A stretch of DNA of 49,756 bases, counting the filler, from Sphacelaria rigidula (Eukaryota), in NCBI GenBank assembly GCA_964200075.2. It is 3 parts of 3 records of this genome, joined end to end, with 100 filler letters (N's around TTAATTAATTAA, not from the genome) between each part and the next. Parts side by side here need not be neighbours in the genome. Positions count along the whole stretch, not along the records: positions 16,621 to 33,139 come from CAXNAA020001328.1; positions 33,240 to 49,756 come from CAXNAA020001329.1; 1 more part is not named here. The stretch is one strand, 5' to 3'. The notes beneath the pieces are model-generated. The model had not been told where the DNA came from and did not search any database. It saw only the letters and a program-made list of their open reading frames with translations. Numbering within the stretch: the first letter of the stretch is position 1; each line of letters opens with the position of its first letter. A program made the position numbers and the translations under genes. Of the stretch, positions 22,701-33,859 are shown piece by piece.

Positions 22701-25700
22701 ACGGTGCCACGGGGAAGGGGAATGACCAGGTGATCGGTACATACCGAGATTGCTGAGTATGGCATGCACGCATGACTGTATGATGACACATACCCTGTCC
22801 CTCCAGTATTTTCTTGTTTATGACGCGTGTCGTTTCTCGAGGATGCAGAGACACTGACTGAAGTATTACCGCAACTCCTTACACGTGAGATGAAAAATGA
22901 GTCATCAACGATCTCGCGAGTGTCACTCGAACTCATTGAATTTAGCCTGGAATAAAGGAGATGGCTCGGTCAGATGTAGTTCGAGGGCTCGAAAATTGCC
23001 ATGTATTGATGCTGATAACTCGAGGTTGGTATGACAAATTTCACGCTGATCTGGGAAGACTGGAGGAGTTCCAAGCATCACGAAGGATGTAGCACCATCT
23101 ACGATGACTCCCGTGAACGCTGTGAGTAGGTCAGTGATGACGCACCAAAACAGCATTTCACTCTCGCCAATGGTGGCTGATCTTTTACAGTATGGCGAGC
23201 TTGACACTGATCTGCGTGCCCGGCATCCAGCACTGTGTGGCTTGGTCATGCTGAAAACACAATCCACGGATTTGGATATCATAAATGTAGGAACTCTTCA
23301 TGTACCCTAGACACATGTGATGAGTCAGACTACACAAGATCTGTGGCACGTGTAAAAAAACTTGTGCAGGCGGTAACGGCGCCGTGCAAGATTCGCCTGC
23401 GTTTCTCATCCATGCACAAGCGCCTGCTATTTTATTTGTTTTCCTCCCCCGGGGTATGTTGCTATGTCGATGATGAACGTGGTCGGATCAGTCTTCCACT
23501 CGGCAGTCATGATTCCCCCTGTGATTTACGGGAGATGAGGAGGAATTGGGGTTGGGTGAGTTATATATATGTACGAGTCGTATATATTATAAGTAATGGT
23601 GGCCGACCAGCGAAGCTTGTACAGCGATATTCAGTTTTATCGGTAACGGTATGCAGCACCCACCGATGTCCAGGAAGTCGATGTGGTAGCGGTCTTTTCA
23701 ATCGTACGTTCACGTGTAGATGGCCGCGATGCAACTATAGTTGGTCTGTCTTCGTCACCTTAGCTTCTCCTATGGTTGACATGCGTCTGATGCACATATT
23801 TTCATGACCGTTTCTTTTTGTGGTTGTCAGGTCCGTTTCGAGATGTGCGCCCAGGCCCTCGATGCCAAGATCACGGCGATCGCACCCTGGCGAGACCCGG
23901 AATTCATCGAGAAATTCAAGGTACGGCGTGTGAGGCATCTCTGCTACCTGTCTCCCGTGTGTGCTTTCAAATCTGAAATGTATCGTTCATATGCCCGGCT
24001 CATGATTTAGTGCGTTATGACTCGATTCGAGAAAGAGGGTGTGCTTCGCCTACAAGTTCAGATGCCTGTGAAGGTAACACCTTGCGTGTACTTTTGGCGT
24101 TTTGTCCCCGTTTACGCCCAACCGTCTCCTCTGTTATTGTTGTTGTTGTTGTCGTCGTCGTCATCTTGACATGACAAACCATTCCGATATCTGCTCGGTA
24201 CAGTCGTACTGGGCATCTTCTGCGGACGCCTTCCGTGGTGCGTCATGTATATTATGTACACATATGTGAATAATGTCAGGACAACCTGTGAAACCGCCAC
24301 GTTGATCCTGTGATCGCATTGATCAGTAGGCAAAACGGTTTGGAATTCTAAAAAGTTTTTGCGATACGCTTTGCTGGCCGGCATAGCATATCTTTGCTGG
24401 CAGGCATAGCATATGCTTCCATGTTGATGAAAAAACATCGACGGAGATACGAGTGTGTAGGAGGTTTTCGCCAGCCTCTGCCTCTGATGTATTCGTCCGC
24501 TATCGTGATATCTTGTGCACATTGCGCAGGGGCGCGGAGATTTGTTGGCCTACGCCGCGGAGCAGGGGATTCCCGTATCTTCCACACCTAAGGTGAGAGG
24601 TAACGGGGCACGGAATATTAATTTTCGCTGATGAGTCAAGCACGACTGATTTTGGAAATGGCTCGTACGGTAAGTAGAGTAGCGCAAATAGCACGTTGAT
24701 GAGAAACTCAGGCCTTGGTTTTTCGAGAATCCGGCGAATCATCGCTGCTTGGAATCGCCAATTCTACGATTCTCGTGGAGTGCTTGAAAATAGAAAACTT
24801 GACCACGGGTCAAAACACCCTCAAGTCCACCGCGGGGCAAAACATCATCGACCCAACAATTTGAGCTATTCCATGTGCCTAGTGTGCAACGCTGAGCAGG
24901 AGAGCCAAATAGTTTATTCGCACGGCATGAATAGATTGCACTTATAACAACCTAGTTTACAGACAAATTGTTCGTCCTACCCCTGAAGCTTGTCAACTGG
25001 GGTCTACCGAATCGAAATACACTTGTCACCTATTCCGCTGATTCCCATGTGATGTACTTTTGTGGGAAGGTCAATGTGATGTGTCTGTGCGGCCCGGCAT
25101 TGTACAGATCGCCTTTGCTATCATGCATCGCTGTGTAGGGAGACGGTCGACATCTGGCGACCCGAGTGTTGTGTATACTATGCATAGGCTGGTCAAAAGC
25201 ATTGATTCACTGCTGGAGCACATCCACTTTTAATCGTGTACTGCCCTTAAGCCCAACAATCGTTCCCACGCTCTTGATCAAGGCGAAAACAGGAAGGTTT
25301 TCAAGCTAATACACATGGAAACGTCAACATACCGTCGAGATTTGACTCCACAACGTTTGCCTCAGAGTACCGTTAATGTACACGATGCCCCGTTTCTGCG
25401 CATGGAGAAATCCATACTGATTGTGACCGACGTCGACCTCTTGGTGTGTGTTTGATAACCGCTCCGGTCGGCCGGCCGGCCGGGCCCCCACAGGCGTCGT
25501 ACTCCATCGACGAGAACTTGTATCACACATCGTACGAGAGCGGTATGCTAGAGGATCCCGCCACGCCGCCTCCCCCGGAAATGTTCAAGATGACCACTTG
25601 CCCGACGAAGGTGAGGGGTGATGGACTGAATTTTCCCTGGGACGCAATCGGGTTGCCGCGAGTCGATGACGTTAGACGGGCTGTAGTAGTGCTGGTCCAG

Positions 25701-28700
25701 CACTCGGTACCGGATTCGAAAGCGGGCACCGAGGGGAAGACGGCGTTGAGCAGTCGGGACTGCGAACTTACTCATGAAACCTAGCGGGGTGAGAGTGGTA
25801 AAGAGTATGAAGAACGAAACCAAACCTACGTGAGAACGGAACTCAGTGCATGTTTTTATTTTTAGCTCATGATCAATCGATGTTTTTCGTGTGTTCGTCT
25901 CCATGAACATCGCGCCTGCCCTCGGTTTCTCAATAACTCAACTCCCTTCTCGTCATGTCCTTCTCTTCGTCGCCAAAGATGCTAGACCATGAACAATCGA
26001 GGAGGTACCATCCGCTTTCAAGCACTTGAAAAAAATCGTATGTCCCCAACTTGAGCATGTCATGCATACGCGTGCGGTTTGTCCTTCGATATGTGATGCG
26101 GCGGGGACGGGGGTGGCGCAGGCGCCAGACACGCCGGAGGAACTGAAGATAGACTTTGCTAATGGAATCCCAGTCAAGGTGGGTCCATAGGGTGTGGTCC
26201 GAGATTGATTTTTACGCGTGTTCTGTTGCACTGCACCATGGTCTACCGACTGCACGCTGGTCGTCCGCGGTGTAAAAATGCATTGCTACTTGCGGGTCTG
26301 CTTGATCCAGTCTGCTATCCATGACTTGGAAATGAGGGACGCAAGTTTGGTACATCACTTGGGAAGGAATCTGGGAAACTTGAAAAGCTCCTGGAATAAT
26401 GCACGTATGGGCGCTGTTCGCAGACTTGCTCGACTTGGAAACGGTGTTGGTACGTGGAGTGGTCTACAAGGCAAGGATACAGTCGTTACAACATGTACTT
26501 ACATACGTCGAGATAACACCCTGGACAAGATTGCATTATCCAAAAATGCAATGCGTACAGGGTCGGGTATTGCGTCTTCTGCAGTAGACAGGAGATTCCA
26601 TACAGTACGCACCACACCTTTAGCAATGTGACGAACACTACAACTTTTATAATGACACTCAATCAAATGAGATTTTTACACAGATACACAGATGATTCAT
26701 CACTATTCTGGAGTTTCAGGGTCGGCAGGCGCTGGATAAAGACGCGGGTTGTGCCCGGCACATGCCCCAATTTCGTGTTGTCGGAACGATGGCCGTTTAT
26801 GGAGGGAGTGTTACCAACCGCGTATAGCCCGGAGAAACGATCTTCACACACAATCGAGGAACATGAAAGAACAGAAGGCGTAGTACTGCTGCACTAAGAT
26901 GCGGATCGGTTCGGTCAAGCGAAAGTATTTTGAGGGCGAGAACCGAGGGCTATGAACTTCTGATGCCGAGATTCCGGTGTGCCCGTACCTCGTCCAAAAT
27001 TGATCGTACATGATATATTTTCGTCGAAACCTGTGTCGGGTATTCATGTGTCTCGATTGTCGAAGTTTGGGATTGAACCGAAACCGTGATGAGTGATGAG
27101 TCACGGTACCCGAAGAGCTGAATAATTGCTTCGAAACTAAAATACTAGTCTCAACTTGACTACAACACTGTCCAAGGTGTGGTCGAGATATACTACGCTG
27201 ATACGATACTTCTCGTACAGTCCGATTCTCACAGTGAAGATGCGCTATGAAAACGTTGACCTGGCCAATGACTGGAGCACTTTTAACAGCCGTAAAAGCG
27301 GTGGTGACGGCAAAGTATTACTGACTGGAGCACTTTTAACAGCCGTAAAAGCGGTGGTGACGGTAAAGTATTACCGAACAAAATGAACCTTGAAGGTTAT
27401 GCTGTTCATCTGGGATTAGATGCGGTAGCCGAACGCCATCCATTTCACTCGTGGAATATTGACGGAGTTGCTCGACTCATTTATTACGTTTGGTACGATG
27501 AAGAGCAGTTTTGATGTTCTTTGCACGCCCGGTTACTTGCCGTGGCAGGAAATGAATAGTTGTGGTTAATCGATGTGTCTCCAGGGTGTTGTTACCCTTC
27601 AACCCTCCCTCGAGAAAATTTCTTCGCTGATCGATGACATCAAATTGTGTGCGCATTTTTGTCGCAGGTGACGAACAAAACGGATGGGACGGTGAAAGAC
27701 ACGCCATTGGAGCTGTTCTGCTACCTCAACGAGGTCGCTGGACGCAATGGAATCGGCCGCATTGATATTGTCGAGAACAGGCAAGGGTTTTTTTCTATCC
27801 TATCTTCAATATCTTCTGTGGTGCCCCGAATCATTCCTTCGTGTTGATACCCGCCCACATCAGCTGGCACGGTCAGCTGAGTGACACACGCGTCATGCGG
27901 GGAAATGTATGTGGGAATGATGCCGCGATAGCCCCGCCCCCCCGAGAAGAGTGAATGGATTGAGGAAGCAAATATATGGGGAAATGTGGGGATATCGGGA
28001 AACATGAAACTCCTGGAAAACGGAGTCGTTGGTGAGCAAGGGAGCTGAGGCTTCGGCGTGTGTGGTCTCGGTGTAGCGCAGGGTTTTAGGGTATCGAGGA
28101 GAGGCAAAGCTAAGGAGAAAACATGAGGGGATGGATAAAATCGGTCACTCTTTGTGACAGTAGTGTTGGTGACCTTTTTAATCGAGACAAAATTCGAATT
28201 TCACAGTGAAATCAGTCATTTCACAAGAACCAACTCGAGAAATCGCACATGAATGTATAATATACGTTCACATGAGCTCGACGGACTAGTCCGCCGTGAC
28301 CGTGTTGGAGTGGAGCACCCTCGGTATAATATACGCTCACATAAGATCATCGTCCACCTCACACAAACACATTCACCTGACCGGCAAGCGACTGTTGAAA
28401 CTTTTTGACGACACGCAGATTCGTAGGAATCAAGTCCCGTGGAGTGTACGAGACGCCCGGAGGTTATTTGTTGCGGGAAGCGCACATGGACCTTGAAGGG
28501 ATCACCGTAGACAAGGAGGTAGGTTTTGCTGGTGCCCGTAGGTATTTTGCCGAGAATGCGGAGGTAGGTTTTGCTGGTACAAGGCGGACGTACGCAGTTG
28601 TTGAGCTAAAACGATCTCCGTATCATGTTCTCCTTTTTTTGAAAAATGGAATTTAGTGAAAGATCACGCACGTTTCATGCTCGACTTGCACTTCACCCCA

Positions 28701-31700
28701 CTGCGTCCTTGTGCGCGAACAAAAAATGGGGATGATGGTGCGTTTTCATGGAAGTGCAACATTAAGATAAAAGGGGCGAATAATTACCGGCGGGACCCTT
28801 AATTTTTATTAGCAGCGTTTTGCTGTCATCCTGTAGCCCGTCGACAGTCGTCTCCCCACATTCGTGTGCATTTTGCACACCTTTGGCTCACGGCGCCAAG
28901 GGGTGGAGTACGTTGGGTACTGACAACATGTGTACCCTTTTCCCCCGGGTACCCGGGGTTACGTGCTTGATCCAAGTGAGCACACCAGGATCTGTGTATG
29001 TAAATTTGTCCGTTTTACCCTGTTATACGTGTTAACTCGAGCACATTTTTGTACAGTTTCCTTTTTTTTCAAAGTCGTTAGACACTTGATGGTAGTCAGG
29101 ACCGCTGCTGCTTCTGGTATTTACCTGAATATGAAGTTGGCCCAAGATGTTGTAAACGAAGTCCAGTGCTGTTCTGCGGAAGTGTGAACAGCCTGTTGGC
29201 TGGAAAGATTCCCGCGCGCACGTCATTGCACGTTGAACCCGACGCTAGTTTTCGACGTAGTCTGCAGTCTGTGAGTTGATCTATTGCCTAACCTGATGAA
29301 GGATCTGCTCTTCACTTTTTTTGGATAACCAGGTTTTTTTTTCCCTGGACTAACTGTGATGAACAGTTGCACCCGGAGACTTGTATTGCGTGAAATACAG
29401 CCCTGTTGCAACGTTGAAGATTTTGGTGCAACCACATGGCAAATCCGTTATGGTGGAAACGAACTGAACCGATACTCTCTCCCACAAGCTGAAGAAACAT
29501 CCCGGGTCTCCTGCACCATCTTGTGTGTAACAACAGGTGGTGCGCGTCCGCGATATGCTCACCGAAGAATTTTCCCGCTTGTGCTACAATGGCTTCTGGT
29601 GAGTTGAGGGAAAATATGCAAATATCCCTCGAAGGATTACAAATGGTCTGGGGGCATGTGGTCGTCCATATGAAAGTCATCCTTTATGACTTTCGGTCAT
29701 CGACACCATTGCTTTGAAGTTATACTTGTTTTTTAGTACTTACCCTCGTTTTCGAAGATGAACAAACGAGAGGACACACGGAAATCGATTTCATGGACAC
29801 CGTTACAAGAATCTACTTTCCAACATCACCGTACCGGCACACACCCGAATACGAGATGCCCGTAGCTCGATGTATCACCGCATTTTGCCATTTTTTTCCT
29901 TCGTAACACGTGGAATAATGTAGGTACGCACCGGAGATGGAGCTTGTGAAGCACTCCATCGCATTCACCCAGCGAGACGTCGAGGGCAGCGTCGACCTCT
30001 CGTGCTACAAGGTGCGTTACGTCCACCGTGACCTATCAGTGTGCTGCTTGCTTCTTGCTTTTCTTGTCTTCCCTCTTCGCATCTCTCTCCCGATTTTTGA
30101 TGCCGGTGTGGTACTCCCCATCAGATTCTGATACTTGAAGTCCTGACGTCCCCGAGTAACGATTCTATCGGAGGGTTCGCGCGATGCCTTTGGCTGGGGT
30201 CAGGGTTGGAGTTGAAGCAAGGTTGCGTAAACAAGTCTCCATGAAGCCAGTGTTATGTCCAGTCATGGCGGTCTAAACAAGGTGGACTGTAATTTAGACC
30301 GATGTCGATGTTTGTGTCTGAATCCCCGCACTGGCAACTTGGTAAATGACTCCAATCCCTACTCTGGTCTTGTAATCATAAGGTCTACCGGTGAGCGGCT
30401 TCGATGATGGAGGAAAAGTCGCCCTGTAGGGGCATGTCAACATGCCCCCCGAAGTACGAGATACAGTACTATCCCTCACTGGTCAGATGACATTTTCCCA
30501 CGCGCCTCGGTCATTTTTGAATTGGAAACATTGGTGGCGAAACCCAAATAATGAGGATGTTCTGTAATGGGGGTGTCCATTCGGATGCAGTACTCGGACG
30601 CGTGGGGTAAGCAAACTGTGGGTTCGAAATAATTGCAGGTTGTATATATGCTGTCGTGGAGTTGTTTTGTCAAGGCAGTAAAACGAATGAACGCCTGGCG
30701 AGCAATGCTTGACTATCAGAACGGTCTGGTCGAGTCTTGTGGAATTTTTGGAAAATAACCGACATGTTTCTTGCCGCGTTACAGGGCAATGTAACAATCA
30801 ACGGTAGGTCTAGCCCCAAGAGCCTGTACAGCGCGAGCCTGGCTTCAATGGAAATCGAGGGAGGTGGAGAGATCGACTACGAGCCCGCGGATGCCCAGGT
30901 GAAGAGGAGACGCGCAAGAAATTAGGAATGTGTCGTCGGCTTTAGAGTACAAAAATATTTCAGCTTTGATATTTTGTCGCAACTTTCGTATATTTTCCGT
31001 TCGGTTTGGACCTACTATTCTGACTGTTCCCTTTTCTCGGAATCTCCGACTTTTGAAGGAAAGACAAACCCGCCCCTCCTCGAAAAATATGGCAAATGAC
31101 AGAGGGACGTGTGCGTCACAGTGGACGTCGCTTCCTCACACGCTGAACAACGTATTTCGTGAAGAAGTGTATTGCATACACTATCCACTGTTGCGTCTAG
31201 TGCAATAGACACAACATACCAGACCCTTCTAATACGATTGCCCTCTTTTGTTCCATCACCTGCGTGCGCGGAATACAACTTTTTTCAAGCTGGTCGGAGG
31301 AATGATGTCATGGGTGCACGTTGGTGTGTCTACGGGTAAATTGAAGCACCCGCATTATCGTTGAGACCTAGCGATCCGGATTGTTGTCTGGCAACGCTAT
31401 TTTCAAGCTGGCCATAAAGCTGATGTATGATACGATGTATTTCCGTACGTGAGGAAACGAGTACGAAAACTCGTGAGGACGAAGCATGATGTACAGTTGG
31501 GAGGGCTACACCCCCAAGTTGAACCGGCTGGCACTTCAGCAGAAAATCATGTTTGTTTTTTCGAAAGACCCCTTTGTTCGACCACTCCAATCGATCCTTG
31601 TTTTGTCTTGCGATGCTGCCTCCCGCCTGCTGCATAAATCACTCCCAAAGAAGTGTTGGGGAAATGAACCACGCCAACCAAGCGACGCATTTCAATGTGC

Positions 31701-31834
31701 ACGATTGCCCTCTTTCGTTTTTCCGTTTTCTTGGCCTGTTCGTGTATCAGGGCTTTATCCGCATCAACTCAACCCGTCTCAAGGCGTACAACTTCCTCCG
31801 CGGCTGCCCGGCATCCCTCAAAAAAGATTTTTGA
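19785..31834 (+). CDS. ASS1: Argininosuccinate synthase (EC 6.3.4.5); 14 exons identified, start exon not located
   Basis: Exons 19785-19864 ([12 protein letters not shown]), 21212-21290, 22245-22345 (YEGRYLLGT), 22630-22729 ([11 protein letters not shown]), 23831-23920 (VRFE..IAPWR), 24530-24592, 25494-25610 ([20 protein letters not shown]), 26122-26178, 27668-27780 ([10 protein letters not shown]), 28419-28518 ([15 protein letters not shown]), 29537-29598, 29924-30011, 30785-30898 (GRSSPKSLY), 31751-31834 (GFIRIN...TGA). They total 1248 nt, or 415 codons plus stop, and all phases are consistent. Confidence 0.97.
20449..20630 (+). mobile_element. SINE-like family A copy in the first identified ASS intron
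   Basis: CTACCGTCGAAAGCGTGAGAACGTAAGTAAAC...GTTGATCCCTTGAGACAACGGACTTTTCCCGAGGAAGGG matches the reverse complement of 1921-2105. Confidence 0.75.
24132..24165. repeat. Compound trinucleotide microsatellite (TTG)n(TCG)n, intronic
   Basis: TGTTATTGTTGTTGTTGTTGTCGTCGTCGTCATC is visible directly. Confidence 0.8.
27269..27374. repeat. Tandem duplication, 2 x 53 bp, intronic
   Basis: TGACTGGAGCACTTTTAACAGCCGTAAAAGCGGTGGTGACGGYAAAGTATTAC occurs twice with one substitution. Confidence 0.92.
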
Positions 31835-32829
31835 GTGAGGTCACATGTGGGAGTAGCTTGCTTGACTCCCTCATCTATTCTCCATGCCCGCATGGATGAG
31901 CGTCTTTTTAGTGTACCAGGGAAAGATACTGTACGGCTCATTTTAGATCTTGACGTGAATGTCCAACGTCGAAACGAAAACGGAACACACACAGGATATG
32001 CGGGAAGGAGCAAGGGTGTGGAGGGATATGCGTCTAGTGTATGGTAGTGGTGGGCACGGAGGGGTAGAGCCAAACACCAGTGCAGTAATGTGTTCGTCAC
32101 GCGCTTGAACGATGTGTATTGGTGATATTTGGGGGTGTTTGCTGCTGGCGTAGTGGTTTACAAAGCTCGCTAAAAAGAAGTCGATAGAACACGGGCTACA
32201 CTCCGCTGTGGTCGGTGGACGGATTGAACACGGCGTAAAGATAAAATTTAGTCTGTATTACAGGCTGTTGGGTGTGGGAGAGTGACCCAGAATGTTGAAC
32301 TTCGTTGTTGCTAGGCCTACGGGCTTGAAATTCGAACTCGACAGGCTTGAATCAGACATTCACTTTTTGGTCAGGTCATGAACAAAGCCTTGGTTTGTGG
32401 TGTGGGTCGACTATTTCAGGTTGTTTCTTTGTGCGTGAGAATGACTGGGGTGCCGGGTAGACTGGGCGAATGAAGTAACTGATGAAAATGCATGCATGCC
32501 TTCAGCCAATGTGTTGATCGCGTTTTGCCGCCGACCAAAATGAAGAAACGAGTATGCTCGTTGGATGTACGTGGGTCATACGCACTTCGTCGGGCTCACA
32601 AACTTGGTGTGCTTGAAGATTTATAGTTTTATTCGGTGGGCGCTTGCATGTACTCCATATCGCTTCCCGTTGATTGATGACAGCTGTTGTACCCTTGATG
32701 CCAATGCGAGATCGCGTATGGTATGTAGGATGTCCAGGGTTTCAATTCACATAATCCTCTCATCTCGTGATCGTTCTCGGTCGTCCGCATGGGGGCGAAG
32801 CTGATGGATACACTCCGTCAGATCAGAGC

Positions 32830-33139
32830 GCAAGGTTTGGAAGATTCAGGATTCGAATTTGAAGTTTATCTCTCAATACGCGGAATTAGAGGGGGATATC
32901 TCGAGGCTCCGATTACAACCTCGCCGCGTTGTTCACGAAGGTGAAATATTGCACGGTTCCGACGAATAGAATAGTAGCTCGTCCCCTATCCAACATCTGC
33001 ACAAATCAATTATACCATACGTGTATGGTTTGTGATTTGTACGTGGTTTATCTTCACCTCCCATCCTTGCAGCATGAATCATGGGCTCATTTTCCCCCCT
33101 CGCGTCCATACAGAATGGATGACTTGTACATGCCCCCCC
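32830..33139 (-). mobile_element. Partial copy of the element at 390-1640, truncated by the contig end inside its tandem array
   Basis: The reverse complement contains CCCATGATTCATGCTGCAAGGATGGGAGGTG (monomer-like), TATAATTGATTTGTGCAGATGTTG, ATTCTATTCGTCGGAACCGTG and CTCGAGATAT in the same order as 730-1070. Confidence 0.6.
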
Positions 33140-33239
33140 NNNNNNNNNNNNNNNNNNNNNNNNNNNNNNNNNNNNNNNNNNNNTTAATTAATTAANNNNN
33201 NNNNNNNNNNNNNNNNNNNNNNNNNNNNNNNNNNNNNNN
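33140..33239. other. Artificial contig spacer (N44-TTAATTAATTAA-N44)
   Basis: Identical to the spacer at 16521-16620. Confidence 0.97.
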
Positions 33240-33352
33240 CTTGGACTCCTTTCTCAAAACGACACGGGCGCACTCGAACAGGACACAAATATGATCAGAT
33301 CCTTCATGTGAACTGCAAGTGCGCCCGTGTCGTTTTGAGAAAGGAGTCCAAG
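33240..33352. repeat. Perfect 35-bp inverted repeat at the contig start
   Basis: CTTGGACTCCTTTCTCAAAACGACACGGGCGCACT (33240-33274) is the exact reverse complement of 33318-33352. Confidence 0.9.
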
Positions 33353-33859
33353 GTGGAACCCAATCGCACAGGTTGCTGGAATCGGGATGGTATACCACGA
33401 TCTGATCTATTGCTGCGTTGTTCAAAACTATCTCTTGTGTTGCCGCAAAATCCGACGAGTTCCCAGTTTCTGCAGACCTTGTTGCTGTGGGGTTGGTATT
33501 CGTGGAGTGTCCACCATGTTTCTGAGTACTGTTCTCAACCCAGTTCAGAAGTTACTCCTCTGAGCGCCGCGCGGAGGATTTTGCAAAGTTGCCCTTCCAA
33601 ATAAAATTCCTTGCCTTCCTCCATCTTGGTTGTGATACTGCCGATGACTTGGCGAGCGAGACCGGACGTCACGCCCATGCACCGCTCATCTCTTCTGGCG
33701 GATCGAGACTGTTGGTTGACCGTTTGGCGTCCGCCTTGACCGTTGTTTGAGCCAATCGGGCAACGGACCACGTAGTTTCCATGAACCAGTGTGCGCCGGC
33801 AGACGCATGGCTCGAGATGAACTGGAAACAACAAACCCTGACTACGTAAATGCTCTGGT

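Noticed and set aside
22923-23310. Possible Tc1/mariner fragment (FQHDQA) or nested antisense ORF in an ASS intron
   Set aside because: No SPDLNPIE-like motif follows and there are many stops. The resemblance is too short.
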